The notes under the pieces were generated by a model. It ran no database searches. It saw only the letters and a list, made by a program, of their open reading frames with translations, and was not told where the DNA came from. From Bacteroidales bacterium (GTDB lineage: Bacteria > Bacteroidota > Bacteroidia > Bacteroidales > UBA12077): a stretch of 64,000 nt of DNA. A program made the translations under genes and the position numbers. Location: assembly GCA_963665525.1 (NCBI GenBank), contig OY762280.1, forward strand, positions 3,664,034 to 3,728,033. The letters run 5' to 3'. Positions 39,852-50,042 of this stretch are shown here, piece after piece. The first letter of the stretch is position 1. Every line of letters starts with the position of its first letter.

Positions 39852-41540
39852 ATGAAATATAGTTTTTTAGACTTATTAACCTTAGTTGGTTCTTTAGGAT
39901 TTTTCCTATATGGAATGAAACTTATGAGTGAGGCCTTGCAAAAAGTTGCCGGCGATAAAATGCGTACTATTCTTGCAAGAATGACCTCCAATCCTGTTAA
40001 AGGTGTTTTTACAGGATTATTAATTACAGCTATCATTCAGTCATCATCTGCAACTACCGTAATGATGGTAAGTTTTGTAAATGCAGGATTACTTTCCCTT
40101 ACGGAATCAATTGGAGTGATTATGGGAGCCAATATAGGAACCACTGTAACGGCATGGCTCATTTCAATTCTAGGATTTAAGATTAAAATCAGTGTTATTT
40201 CATTACCATTAATAGGCATTGGTTTCCCTTTAGTATTTTCGAAAACGAACAAACGAAAATCATGGGGTGAATTTATCATTGGCTTTGCTATGGTATTTTT
40301 AGGATTAGATTTCTTGAAAGGTTCTGTGCCTGACATTAAAAGTCATCCCGAAATATTAGAATTCTTATCCAGTTATACATCAAATGGTCTTTTATCACAT
40401 TTATTGTTTTTAGCCATTGGTACTTTCCTAACAATGATTATACAATCATCAAGTGCCACCATGGCTCTTACGCTTGTTATGTGTAATTTTGGATGGATTC
40501 CATTTGATATTGCAGCGGCAATGGTTCTTGGTGAGAATATAGGAACAGCAGTAACAGCAAATATAGCAGCTGCCGTAGCCAATGTCTCGGCCAAAAGAGC
40601 AGCACGAGCTCACTTGATATTTAATATTTTAGGTGTTGTATGGGTATCTATCATATTTACACCCTTCTTATCATTAATTAATATGTTTATTACAAAATCG
40701 GGAGGGGCTTCCCCTTTTGATACTCCAGAAGCCATTCCTGTAGCATTGTCTATATTTCACACTTCTTTCAACATAGCCAATGTTTTAGTATTTATTTGGT
40801 TTACTAAATTTATTCAACTTATTGTAACCAAGATGGTACCAATGAAAGAGGATGCTGAAGAATTTAGATTACAATTTATTAATACAGGTTTATTATCAAC
40901 GGCAGAACTTTCAATTCACCAGGCTAAACAAGAAATTATTGTATTTGCTAAGCGTGTCGAGAAAATGTACCATTACGTTGAAAGTATGTTTCATGAAAGC
41001 AATGATAAGAAGTTTTATAAATATTACGATAAAGTAGAAAAATATGAAGGGATATGCGATAGAATGGAAGAAGAAATTGCGAACTATTTAACTAAAATAT
41101 CTGAAGGTGAATTAAGTTTGCTTGGTTCGAAGCGGATTACTGCTATGCTTAATATTGTTACAGATTTAGAGAGTATTGGTGACAGTTGCTATAACCTTGC
41201 AAAAACATTACATAGAAAAAAAGATAAGAAAGTTAAATTCGACACTTCGTTAAATGAAAACATTATTCAAATCATGGAACTTGTTCAGAAAGCATTTAAC
41301 GAAATGCAGAAAAATCTTGATCGTGGATATCAGAATGTAAATATTACAGAAGCTCAAGATATTGAAGAACGAATTAACCGTTTTAGGACCAAGCTTAAGA
41401 AAGAACATCTTAAGAATGTTGAGAAAAAAGAATACGATTACCAAACTGGTATTATTTACAACGATATTTATTGTGATTGTGAAAAACTAGCCGATTTTAT
41501 TATTAATGTTTCAGAAGCTATTAACGAAATCAGAAATTAA
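39852..41540 (+). CDS. Na+/Pi cotransporter with PhoU-like C-terminal domains
   Basis: Two QSSSAT repeats, GANIGTT/GENIGTA, DLESIGD and CEKLADF PhoU-like helices. Confidence 0.95.
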   Translation: MKYSFLDLLTLVGSLGFFLYGMKLMSEALQKVAGDKMRTILARMTSNPVKGVFTGLLITAIIQSSSATTVMMVSFVNAGLLSLTESIGVIMGANIGTTVTAWLISILGFKIKISVISLPLIGIGFPLVFSKTNKRKSWGEFIIGFAMVFLGLDFLKGSVPDIKSHPEILEFLSSYTSNGLLSHLLFLAIGTFLTMIIQSSSATMALTLVMCNFGWIPFDIAAAMVLGENIGTAVTANIAAAVANVSAKRAARAHLIFNILGVVWVSIIFTPFLSLINMFITKSGGASPFDTPEAIPVALSIFHTSFNIANVLVFIWFTKFIQLIVTKMVPMKEDAEEFRLQFINTGLLSTAELSIHQAKQEIIVFAKRVEKMYHYVESMFHESNDKKFYKYYDKVEKYEGICDRMEEEIANYLTKISEGELSLLGSKRITAMLNIVTDLESIGDSCYNLAKTLHRKKDKKVKFDTSLNENIIQIMELVQKAFNEMQKNLDRGYQNVNITEAQDIEERINRFRTKLKKEHLKNVEKKEYDYQTGIIYNDIYCDCEKLADFIINVSEAINEIRN

Positions 41541-41543
41541 CAT

Positions 41544-41575
41544 AAAACCCGAAACGATGTTTCGGGTTTCTTTTT
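41544..41575. terminator. Bidirectional terminator
   Basis: AAACCCGAAAC-GAT-GTTTCGGGTTT between convergent genes. Confidence 0.82.
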
Positions 41576-43838
41576 ATATTCTAAGACCCATAATCATCAT
41601 GTCGTCTAACTGAGAGTAGTCTCCTTGCCATTGAATCATATTCTTATCTATCTCCTCTTTCTGTGTTTTTACATCTTTTTTAGCGATTTTAGAAAGTAGG
41701 TCTTTAAATGGTTTTTGCTTAAATTTATGTCCCTTTTCTCCTCCAAATTGATCAACATAACCATCGGAGAAAAGATAAAGCATATCATCTTTTTTCAAAT
41801 CAAATTCTTGATTTTCGAATCCTTTATCCACTTTAATTGCATGAATTCCAATAGGCATTTTATCGGCCTTTAATTCATGAATTTCCGAGGCTCTAACTAT
41901 AAGAACAGAATTATATGCCCCGGCAAATTGCATCCTTCGACTTTTTTTATCAATAATACAAAGAGCCATATCCATGCCGTCTTTTGATCCTTTTACACCA
42001 TATTCCTGATGTAATGAATCAATAATAGAATCACGTAACTGATCTAATATTGTATTCGCCTGTGGGTCTGCTGTTTTATTTACTATTTCATTTAAAAATG
42101 CTATTCCCAACATGCTCATAAATGCACCCGGGACACCATGTCCAGTACAATCAGAAACAGTAATTATCAGTTTATCTCCTTTTTCGGCTACCCAGTAAAA
42201 ATCACCACTCACAATATTTTTAGGTTTCATATAAATAAAATATTCACCCAATACCTTCTCTAAAAACTTATCTTGAGGAAATAAGGCAGACTGAATTCTT
42301 TTAGCATATTCAATACTGTCGGTAATAATGGTGTTTTGATTTGCTATCTGATCACGTTGCTTTGTTACAAAATCACGCTGTGCTTCGATTTCATCTTTTT
42401 GTTCAGCAATTTCATTTTTTTGTTTTGTGAGGATAATATTGGTTTTCTTTTTACGCTGATAATTCTTGAAAATAACATATGCCAGCACCAACATGAAAAC
42501 AAATCCTCCGGCAAAAGCCCATTTTAAAATCTTTTCTCTTTGCAGCTTAGCTTCTTGCTGAATATCTTTTTGTCGTTCCTCAAACTCTCTTTTTCGTTGC
42601 TCTTTATCAAATTCGTATTGTAGCTCCAACTCATTAATTTTTTGACTATTCAAGCTATCCTTTAATGTTGTATAGCTTTGATAAAAATCTAATGCTTTTT
42701 TATCATTGTCTGTTGATTCATATAATTCCGACAAGGCTAAATAGCATTCTTTAATGTCTTCTTTTAAATTCTGATTTTGTGCAAAATCAAGACTATTATT
42801 TAAATAAGTTCTCGCTTTAGTTGTATGCCCTTCTATTAAATAAATCTTCCCTAAATACCTTAAAATAGATGCTAATTCAGTGTTATCATTTAAAGACTCC
42901 TTAAGTTCCTTTGCTTCCATTAAGTAATCTTTTGCTTCTGATAAGTTCTGGGCATCAAAATAGATTTTTCCTAAAGTACTTAACGAATTAGCAACTCCTA
43001 ACTTGTTATTCGTTGATTTATTTCTTTCTAAAACTTTCTCGCTATACTCAACAGCAGAATCTAGTTCGCCTTTTTCATAATAAATACTTCCCAACTCTTT
43101 ATAGCATAAAGTAACTCCCACACTAATCTCTTGAGCATCTTCAATTTTTTGATAAATCGTTAAGGATTGATTGACATACTCAATGCTTTTGTCATAATTT
43201 CTCATCATTTTAAACAAACGCGCAATATTTAAGGCCGACCATGCTATTCCTTCGTTATTTTGAAGCCCTTCGTAGATACTTAACGCTTCAAGATGCTGAT
43301 TGATAGCTAATTCGTAATTTCCATATAACCTATAAACACTCCCAAGATTTGTTAATGTCCTTGCAATCTCCTGATCATTTTGTATGTCTTTATTAATAGC
43401 CATTGCGCGCTTATAATAATCCAAAGATTTATCATATTGTCCCATTAACTGATAAGTGTTTCCTAATCGATTTAAGGAAGAGGCCTTTCCTCCCAGATCA
43501 TTGGTTAATTCTGTTAATTCTAATGATTTATCAAAGTGAATAATGGCTTGTTCAAAATTGTTTTGGATATAGTATGCGAAGCCTGTCGAAAATTGTGCCG
43601 AATATTGTAATTCGTAATTTTCTATTTCTTCACTAATTTTTATGGCTGCAAGTCCATAACTTACAGCATTTGCAGGAGATTTACTTCTGTTTGATTCAGA
43701 AAGTTCGAGCAGTTCATTAATTTTTAGAACAGCTTCATTTTCTGATGTATATGTAATTAAAGTATCATTTTGATGATTAAAAGCGAATAATGATGAAGTA
43801 ATTACACAAAGAAAAATGAACGAAAAGTATTTTTTCAT
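41574..43838 (-). CDS. TPR-sensor / SpoIIE (PP2C) phosphatase (paralog of 18360-20408)
   Basis: Signal peptide, TPRs, TM, coiled coil, IVSGDFYW, DCTGHGVPGAFMS, DGMD, DGYVDQFGG, QLDD. Confidence 0.9.
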   Translation of the reverse strand: MKKYFSFIFLCVITSSLFAFNHQNDTLITYTSENEAVLKINELLELSESNRSKSPANAVSYGLAAIKISEEIENYELQYSAQFSTGFAYYIQNNFEQAIIHFDKSLELTELTNDLGGKASSLNRLGNTYQLMGQYDKSLDYYKRAMAINKDIQNDQEIARTLTNLGSVYRLYGNYELAINQHLEALSIYEGLQNNEGIAWSALNIARLFKMMRNYDKSIEYVNQSLTIYQKIEDAQEISVGVTLCYKELGSIYYEKGELDSAVEYSEKVLERNKSTNNKLGVANSLSTLGKIYFDAQNLSEAKDYLMEAKELKESLNDNTELASILRYLGKIYLIEGHTTKARTYLNNSLDFAQNQNLKEDIKECYLALSELYESTDNDKKALDFYQSYTTLKDSLNSQKINELELQYEFDKEQRKREFEERQKDIQQEAKLQREKILKWAFAGGFVFMLVLAYVIFKNYQRKKKTNIILTKQKNEIAEQKDEIEAQRDFVTKQRDQIANQNTIITDSIEYAKRIQSALFPQDKFLEKVLGEYFIYMKPKNIVSGDFYWVAEKGDKLIITVSDCTGHGVPGAFMSMLGIAFLNEIVNKTADPQANTILDQLRDSIIDSLHQEYGVKGSKDGMDMALCIIDKKSRRMQFAGAYNSVLIVRASEIHELKADKMPIGIHAIKVDKGFENQEFDLKKDDMLYLFSDGYVDQFGGEKGHKFKQKPFKDLLSKIAKKDVKTQKEEIDKNMIQWQGDYSQLDDMMIMGLRI

Positions 43839-43945
43839 TATAGATAAATTAAATTCTCTATAAAAGTAAAATACTTTTGTTTAGATATCAATTTAGTAAG
43901 GCTAATTTTATACTTTTACCAGTAATAATTGAAACAACTGAGTTT

Positions 43946-44170
43946 ATGGAAAAATATTTAATCATAACCCTCATCATTTTATCATATATATTATCATTCT
44001 GGGCAGTATTAGATCTTAATAAAACCCGATTTATCGATCATCATAAAAGATGGTTTTGGATCATTAGTTTCTATACTTTACCTCTTATTGCGCCCATTGT
44101 TTATTTTCAAGTAAAACGAAAATATATCAAAAAAAGAAGATCTTTTCTTAATCCTTCAAAATTAAACTAA
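43946..44170 (+). CDS. Small membrane protein, PLDc_N-like
   Basis: Likely start MEKYLII; two TM segments, FWAVLDL..WFWII..LPLIAPIVYF. Confidence 0.65.
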   Translation: MEKYLIITLIILSYILSFWAVLDLNKTRFIDHHKRWFWIISFYTLPLIAPIVYFQVKRKYIKKRRSFLNPSKLN

Positions 44171-44215
44171 TTCAGATATTATATATTTTGTCAAACTTGA
44201 GTTTGGTATTCAATG

Positions 44216-45586
44216 TTACATTTTCATCCAACCGGGTATCTTTTTGGATTTTGGACGTCGTCCATAAAAAAGATCATCCATATATAGAGCAAGTCGCCTA
44301 AAGATATATGAATTATGAATTCCCCATCGAATAAAATTATGCATTGCATTATTTGGATGTGAGTATGGACATGCTATCATACATTTACCACAGTCAGTTC
44401 CTACAGTACACCAATACGTAAAACAGCTTTCAGAATTTATTTGCCATCGTAAAACTCCATCTATTTCTTTTCTATCGTCAAAAGAAATAGATCGCGACGG
44501 GCAAACGTCGGCACATTTTTTACAAATACCACAAAAATCAATGACCGATGACTGATCTTTTCTTTTATCAACTATCAGTGGAATATCGGTAGTAATTACA
44601 ACAATACGTACGCGAGGTCCTAATTTTGGAGTCATTAATAAACCCATTCGCCCTATTTCACCTAATCCTGCATCGCGTGCAACTAAGGGACAAATGAGTT
44701 CATAGTTCCCATCAATATGAGCACGCGCTTCGTAACCCAAAGCACGAATAAAATAAGCCACTTGCACCGCAATGGTTCCTGAATTCAGATATTGCTGTGT
44801 CGATTCCATAATTACAGGTCCTTTAGGGGCTGTTTGCATCATTTCATTGCTCATTTCAACCGTTAATGCAATCGCATATTGATGACTATTATGAATCTCT
44901 TTTCCGTACAAATCGCCTCGCCCTTTATGCGAATACAAATGATAATCTTTTAATTCTGTAATCCCTACCGAATGTGCTCCCAAAGATTTACACCAGGTTT
45001 TTATATAATGGCTTATTTTACTAGCCTCCACATTAATCCTTTTGTCAGCGATTTTACCATTAACAACTGGTTTTAAAGCTTCAATCACTTCTAAGTTAGC
45101 ATGTGCCGAAGCAAATGAAAAAGGATGATACATAGCAGATTCCGGAGCTAATAATCCGGGTTTAGTTCTAAATTTATCGTCTAATTCTTTTTTGTTAGGG
45201 TTAGCTGCATAATATTGCTCAAACCTTTCTGTTCCCGGCTGAATTTCATTACGCGAAAACATAACATCTCTTTCATCAAGCTGCTTTTTAGGAATCTGAA
45301 ACTTTATTTTTGTGCGTATTGGAACAAACAAAACAATGGCTAAAGCATAAACAAGGCCTAAGACAATAATTGAAACCTTATCCTTATAAAGAAAATCGGA
45401 TAAGTATAAAGTGAAAAAAGGAATCCATATTATTATTGCAAACAAAGCCGAAACCTTTGCCGCTCTGTATTCTTTTTCGAAGATTGATATAATATTTACA
45501 TAAAGAAAAACTAGTGAAAGTCCCGTTCCTGTTATCAATAATAAAACATCTAATAATTCTTTTTGAAACAAATTTATAGTGGGCAT
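44216..45586 (-). CDS. Reductive-dehalogenase-like (RdhA/QueG superfamily) 2x[4Fe-4S] protein with N-terminal TM helices
   Basis: Three N-terminal TM segments, DERD, ARDAGLGEIGRMGLLMTPKLGPRVR, CGICKKCADVCP and CFTYW..CGKCMIACPY, C-terminal H..IR..MDDLFYG. Confidence 0.85.
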   Translation of the reverse strand: MPTINLFQKELLDVLLLITGTGLSLVFLYVNIISIFEKEYRAAKVSALFAIIIWIPFFTLYLSDFLYKDKVSIIVLGLVYALAIVLFVPIRTKIKFQIPKKQLDERDVMFSRNEIQPGTERFEQYYAANPNKKELDDKFRTKPGLLAPESAMYHPFSFASAHANLEVIEALKPVVNGKIADKRINVEASKISHYIKTWCKSLGAHSVGITELKDYHLYSHKGRGDLYGKEIHNSHQYAIALTVEMSNEMMQTAPKGPVIMESTQQYLNSGTIAVQVAYFIRALGYEARAHIDGNYELICPLVARDAGLGEIGRMGLLMTPKLGPRVRIVVITTDIPLIVDKRKDQSSVIDFCGICKKCADVCPSRSISFDDRKEIDGVLRWQINSESCFTYWCTVGTDCGKCMIACPYSHPNNAMHNFIRWGIHNSYIFRRLALYMDDLFYGRRPKSKKIPGWMKM

Positions 45587-45634
45587 ATTAAGATCTTTTG
45601 AAACAAATATAAGATTCTTAATTTAAAGAAAAGT

Positions 45635-46102
45635 TTAATAATGATCTGAAAAACCCAACTCTTTTATCATAGCTATAGCTGAAGAACCATCTGAATAATA
45701 GCTAGATAAAATATTATACGACTTATACTCATTTTTCTTATACAAGTTAATTGCTGATAAATTATTTTCGCTAACCTCCAATTTTATTCCGATAGCTCTA
45801 TTTTTTATTGAAAATATCTCAGCTTGTTTAAGTAACTCCTTTGCTATCCCTTTTCCTCTCATATTAGGATCAACAGCTAAGGAATATATTCGAGCATAAC
45901 TGCTATTTTTTCTTAAAAGAATAATTAAATATCCAATCACTTTATCATCTTTTAGCACAATCAGAAATTCACCATTGGCCTTATGCATTAAATAACTAAA
46001 CTGCCTTTTGTTAAATGCATCGCCCTGAAAACATGACTCTTCAATTCTAAAGATTTCTTTAAGATCTCCTTTTTTTGCTTTTCTTATTTTTAGCTGATCC
46101 AT
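45635..46102 (-). CDS. GNAT acetyltransferase (RimI-like)
   Basis: RIYSLAVDPNMRGKGIAKELL, LEVSENNLSAINLYKK, YYSDG. Confidence 0.9.
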   Translation of the reverse strand: MDQLKIRKAKKGDLKEIFRIEESCFQGDAFNKRQFSYLMHKANGEFLIVLKDDKVIGYLIILLRKNSSYARIYSLAVDPNMRGKGIAKELLKQAEIFSIKNRAIGIKLEVSENNLSAINLYKKNEYKSYNILSSYYSDGSSAIAMIKELGFSDHY

Positions 46103-46107
46103 TTGGT

Positions 46108-47577
46108 TTATTGAGAATGTTTTTGTTCTAATCGAATGACAAATTCTCTTAAAATTCTTCCATATAATTCATCTCCTAATATAGCATCCTCCACACCATA
46201 ATCAATATTAGGATTATCATTAATCTCGATGATATAGCACTTATCACCAATTTGCTTTAAATCTACCCCATAAAGCCCTTTACCTATTAAAGATGTAGCC
46301 TTAACTGCAGTTCTAATAACAGTTTTAGGAACTTGATAAATTGGGACTGTTTCGTAATTGCCCTCACTCAGTTTTCCAGATATTTTATGATTATAAATCT
46401 GCCAATGTCCTTTGGCCATATAATACTTACATGCATAAATAGGTTCCTTATTTATTATTCCAATACGCCAGTCGAAATCGGTTGGAATATACTCTTGTGC
46501 CAATAGTATTGCTGATTTTTCAAAAAGTGTTCGCAATGTTGTATCAAACTCCTCTTGATTATTTACTTTTTTAACTCCATGCGAAAATGATCCGTCAGGA
46601 ATTTTTATTACTATAGGCAATCCCAATAAATCAGAAATCTTTTCAAATGAATTGTTGTTCGAGTTAAATAATAAAATCGAATTAGGCGTTTCAATTTGTT
46701 CTTTATCAAGCAATTCTTTTAAATATACCTTGTTTGTACAACGAATAATAGACACAGGATCGTCGATAACCACCAAATCAGCCTGAGCAGCTTTTTGAGC
46801 AAGCTGATAAGTAATATGGTTCAGTTCTGTTGTTTGCCGTATAAATAAGGCATCGAATTCCATGATCCGATTACTATCCTCAGCAGTTATCAATTCGGCA
46901 TTAATATTCATTTTTTTAGCAATCTCAACAAAGCGTTTTAATGCTCTTTTATCGCTGGGAGGAAACTTTTCTTCAGGATCGTAAAGTATCGCCAAATCGT
47001 AACGATAAGGCTTTTTAGCCCTGGGCTCTCTCCATACTTTTTTACTAAAGTTATCCAAGGCATTGGCAAAAAGATCTTGCTGTGCATCATTAAGTTCAGA
47101 AATATTCAACGCTCTGATAGATTCAATTTGATTCTTTTCATGATTATTTAAAGTAACTCTTAAAATCGGACAGTGAAACTGATCATAAATGTACCGTGCT
47201 ACTTTCTCTAAACCTTCTTCGCGGCAAGTACCAAAATATATATCAAGAAACCAGTATTCATCTTTAATATCATTTTTCTTGATATATTGACAACATACTT
47301 TTTGTAATGTTTTATCTAACCTTATTAGGGCTTCTGATGATAATTTATTAATGGTTTCGACACTTGGAATGACTTTATGATTTCGAGCTGTAGCCAAAAG
47401 AGAACAATAATACCCTTCTGAATTATAGCTCAAATCCTTGCTTAAATTAATAACAAAATGATTTTGGTTGCTTAGATATTCGTTTTGCAAATAATCTTTT
47501 GCAGTAATGATACTTTGTGTATCATAAAATGGACTCCACTCGTCGAGGGTATCCAAAATAATTAACGAAGAATGCAT
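46108..47577 (-). CDS. RimK-family ATP-grasp ligase with RLAN N-terminal domain
   Basis: SYNSEGYYCSLLATARNHKVIPSV (RLAN), FDALFIRQTT, RCTNKVYL, KIPDGSFS, GHWQI, LYGVDLK, IEINDNP. Confidence 0.9.
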   Translation of the reverse strand: MHSSLIILDTLDEWSPFYDTQSIITAKDYLQNEYLSNQNHFVINLSKDLSYNSEGYYCSLLATARNHKVIPSVETINKLSSEALIRLDKTLQKVCCQYIKKNDIKDEYWFLDIYFGTCREEGLEKVARYIYDQFHCPILRVTLNNHEKNQIESIRALNISELNDAQQDLFANALDNFSKKVWREPRAKKPYRYDLAILYDPEEKFPPSDKRALKRFVEIAKKMNINAELITAEDSNRIMEFDALFIRQTTELNHITYQLAQKAAQADLVVIDDPVSIIRCTNKVYLKELLDKEQIETPNSILLFNSNNNSFEKISDLLGLPIVIKIPDGSFSHGVKKVNNQEEFDTTLRTLFEKSAILLAQEYIPTDFDWRIGIINKEPIYACKYYMAKGHWQIYNHKISGKLSEGNYETVPIYQVPKTVIRTAVKATSLIGKGLYGVDLKQIGDKCYIIEINDNPNIDYGVEDAILGDELYGRILREFVIRLEQKHSQ

Positions 47578-47623
47578 AAAAGCTTATTAAATACCCGGCA
47601 AATTTAAGTAATATTTAAATCCG

Positions 47624-49063
47624 TTATTCTTCGTTGGTAACATTTATTTTTTTGTGGTAAACATCTAGAGCTACAAGCATTGCAATGAATCCCCAAACCG
47701 GGACAGAGGCTTTATCGGTATCAAGAAAATTATTTAAAATACCATGCATAAAATAAGTTGATAAACCAAGCATAATATACAAAGCAAGCTGTTTTACTTC
47801 TTTTGAGTTTGTTTGATGGTAAACCCTGTATCCGGTTCTGAAAGCCATGAAAATAATGAGCAAAAACGATAGCAATCCAATTGCTCCGGACTCTGAAAAA
47901 GCTCCCAAATATTCGCTGTGAGCATTACCCACCTCACCAAAATTGGTGCTTATTGAGGTTCTGTCGTATGAAAACTGAAAAGGAGCATATTGAAACTTAT
48001 AGGTTCCCGGACCCCAGCCCCAGAAAGGTTTCTCTTTAATCATTCTTGCAGCGCATTTCCAGCGATTGATTCGTTCCATATTTGAAACATCGGTAGAAAT
48101 ATTTGCCATCGATTCAATATGTTCTGAAAATTTACCAGATGATCGAGTTTCGTTTTGTTCTAAAGTACTTAAAAGTCTATTTTGAAATACAAATAATAAG
48201 AAGATTACTCCAACTCCAGCTAATAAAACATACTTTATCTTAATCCTCAATTTTATTAGTGCAAAAAGTCCTAATGCTCCAAATAAACTAAGCCAGGCTG
48301 CTCTTGTATAAGACAATATTATTCCACCGATAAATAGGATAAATACAATTGTTGTAAGTGTTTTGTATAATAGGTTATTGGTCTTTTTAATTAAAAAATA
48401 GAATAAAGGAAACAAGAACATCACCAACATGGCTCCATAGGAAGTGTGATCACTAAAAAATGGTTTTACAACCCAATTGGATGCACTTTGATTATTTAAT
48501 CCATGTGCCGATAATTTTACATTGGTATATAGCACAACTATTACCAAAGGAATAATGTATAACCACTGAAACTTTTCAATATTCTTATAGTTTTTAAAAA
48601 TTTGCGTAGCTACAAAATACATTGGAATTACAAACCATAACCTGGAAATCAAAAATTTAAATGATACACTTGGTAAAGTACTTGTAAAACTTGAGATAAA
48701 AATCCAAAGTAGATTGATACATATGGCTATTGTAACCGGATGTAATAAAATTTTTTTATCAAACTTACCATCTAATAATAACTTAAAAATGAACAATAAC
48801 AGTACTCCCATTAATAAAATCTCTGTTGGTAAATAAAGATTTACAGGAATATCAGGAATAATATAATCTAAACGAATAGATAAAGGTGTAAAGAATACTA
48901 TGGTAAGTATAACTTTATCGAGAGATAAAAAATTTATAAATAGCAATACAAGCAATAAAGGTAAAAATGCTACATAATAAACCTCATATGCTATACACCA
49001 AACATTTATAGCAATAAATATTAAAGATAGAGAATAAAAAAGAATTTTATTCTTAGGCAACAT
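47624..49063 (-). CDS. O-antigen ligase/polymerase family membrane protein
   Basis: About 12 TM segments, SYTRAAW, ERINRW..GWGPGTY, NAHSEYL..ESGAIG. Confidence 0.88.
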   Translation of the reverse strand: MLPKNKILFYSLSLIFIAINVWCIAYEVYYVAFLPLLLVLLFINFLSLDKVILTIVFFTPLSIRLDYIIPDIPVNLYLPTEILLMGVLLLFIFKLLLDGKFDKKILLHPVTIAICINLLWIFISSFTSTLPSVSFKFLISRLWFVIPMYFVATQIFKNYKNIEKFQWLYIIPLVIVVLYTNVKLSAHGLNNQSASNWVVKPFFSDHTSYGAMLVMFLFPLFYFLIKKTNNLLYKTLTTIVFILFIGGIILSYTRAAWLSLFGALGLFALIKLRIKIKYVLLAGVGVIFLLFVFQNRLLSTLEQNETRSSGKFSEHIESMANISTDVSNMERINRWKCAARMIKEKPFWGWGPGTYKFQYAPFQFSYDRTSISTNFGEVGNAHSEYLGAFSESGAIGLLSFLLIIFMAFRTGYRVYHQTNSKEVKQLALYIMLGLSTYFMHGILNNFLDTDKASVPVWGFIAMLVALDVYHKKINVTNEE

Positions 49064-49064
49064 A

Positions 49065-49964
49065 CTACGATTTAAATGTAAACAGATCTTTATATCGCTC
49101 GATAAAAAGCATTAAAATAACCGCAAAAATAAATGCAGAGATTGTTGATACCACACAAATGAGCCAACGAACAGGATAAGCCTTTTTCTCCGCAGGATAT
49201 GCTTTTGCTACTATAAATTTTCGAGGTAAATCCTGGTTAGCATTCACTCGAGCCTCAACCAGTTTTTCTTTTAAATTACTTAAGCGTTTGTTCTCATTAA
49301 CTAATTGTTGGCTTAAAGAGATATATCTTGGATTTGTGGTTTTATTACCTAATGTTTTTAACGAATTCTCTAAGCCTTCTATTTCAGATTCTAATAAATG
49401 ATATTCTTTTTCAACTACGTCTAATATCTTTACTGCTACTTCTTTTTGCATCTTATTAAGGGTTATATCTAATAAAGATGCTATTTCGTTAGCAATATTT
49501 GCTGCCATTTGTGGATCGGTATCCAATACTTCAATTCGAATAGCTTGAAATTCGGTCTTTTTAAAACTGATGTTATTCATAAACTCAGCATGTAACTGTG
49601 TCATTGGGAAAGCGCCATCTTTATCAATATCGTAATGATTAAAAAGATCAAACTTTTCGATTACTGCCAAGCGAATTTCTTCCGAGTATAACGTCTGAAT
49701 TAACTGCTCTGTTTCTTCCTCATCTCCAAAATTCATGATATGATCATCCGGATCAATTAGCTCGGATGTGGTTAATGCATGCGAAACAGAAGCTTGTGTT
49801 TTAGGATAAAAAACTACTGCTGATTTATACTTTGGAGTAATGGTCATAGCAACAATTACCGAAGCAATGGCACCTATCAAAGTCACCATAACAATAGGCC
49901 ATTTATGCTTAAACATAAAACGAATAATATCCATAGAATTAAAGTTATAATTAGAGTCTGTCAT
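49065..49964 (-). CDS. Wzz/chain-length-determinant family protein
   Basis: N-terminal TM + PKYKS, coiled coil, AYPAEKKAYP + C-terminal TM. Confidence 0.85.
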   Translation of the reverse strand: MTDSNYNFNSMDIIRFMFKHKWPIVMVTLIGAIASVIVAMTITPKYKSAVVFYPKTQASVSHALTTSELIDPDDHIMNFGDEEETEQLIQTLYSEEIRLAVIEKFDLFNHYDIDKDGAFPMTQLHAEFMNNISFKKTEFQAIRIEVLDTDPQMAANIANEIASLLDITLNKMQKEVAVKILDVVEKEYHLLESEIEGLENSLKTLGNKTTNPRYISLSQQLVNENKRLSNLKEKLVEARVNANQDLPRKFIVAKAYPAEKKAYPVRWLICVVSTISAFIFAVILMLFIERYKDLFTFKS

Positions 49965-50042
49965 GTTTTATAAATAGAGGATTAACGGTAATATTCATTA
50001 TCCATCAATCCTCCATATTTTTCATTTTAAATTGTTTATATC

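Noticed and set aside
44216-47577. RimK-GNAT-dehalogenase as a single three-gene pathway
   Set aside because: The dehalogenase-like gene has its own TAnnTTTG element in the 48-bp spacer and no biochemical link is evident; reported separately.
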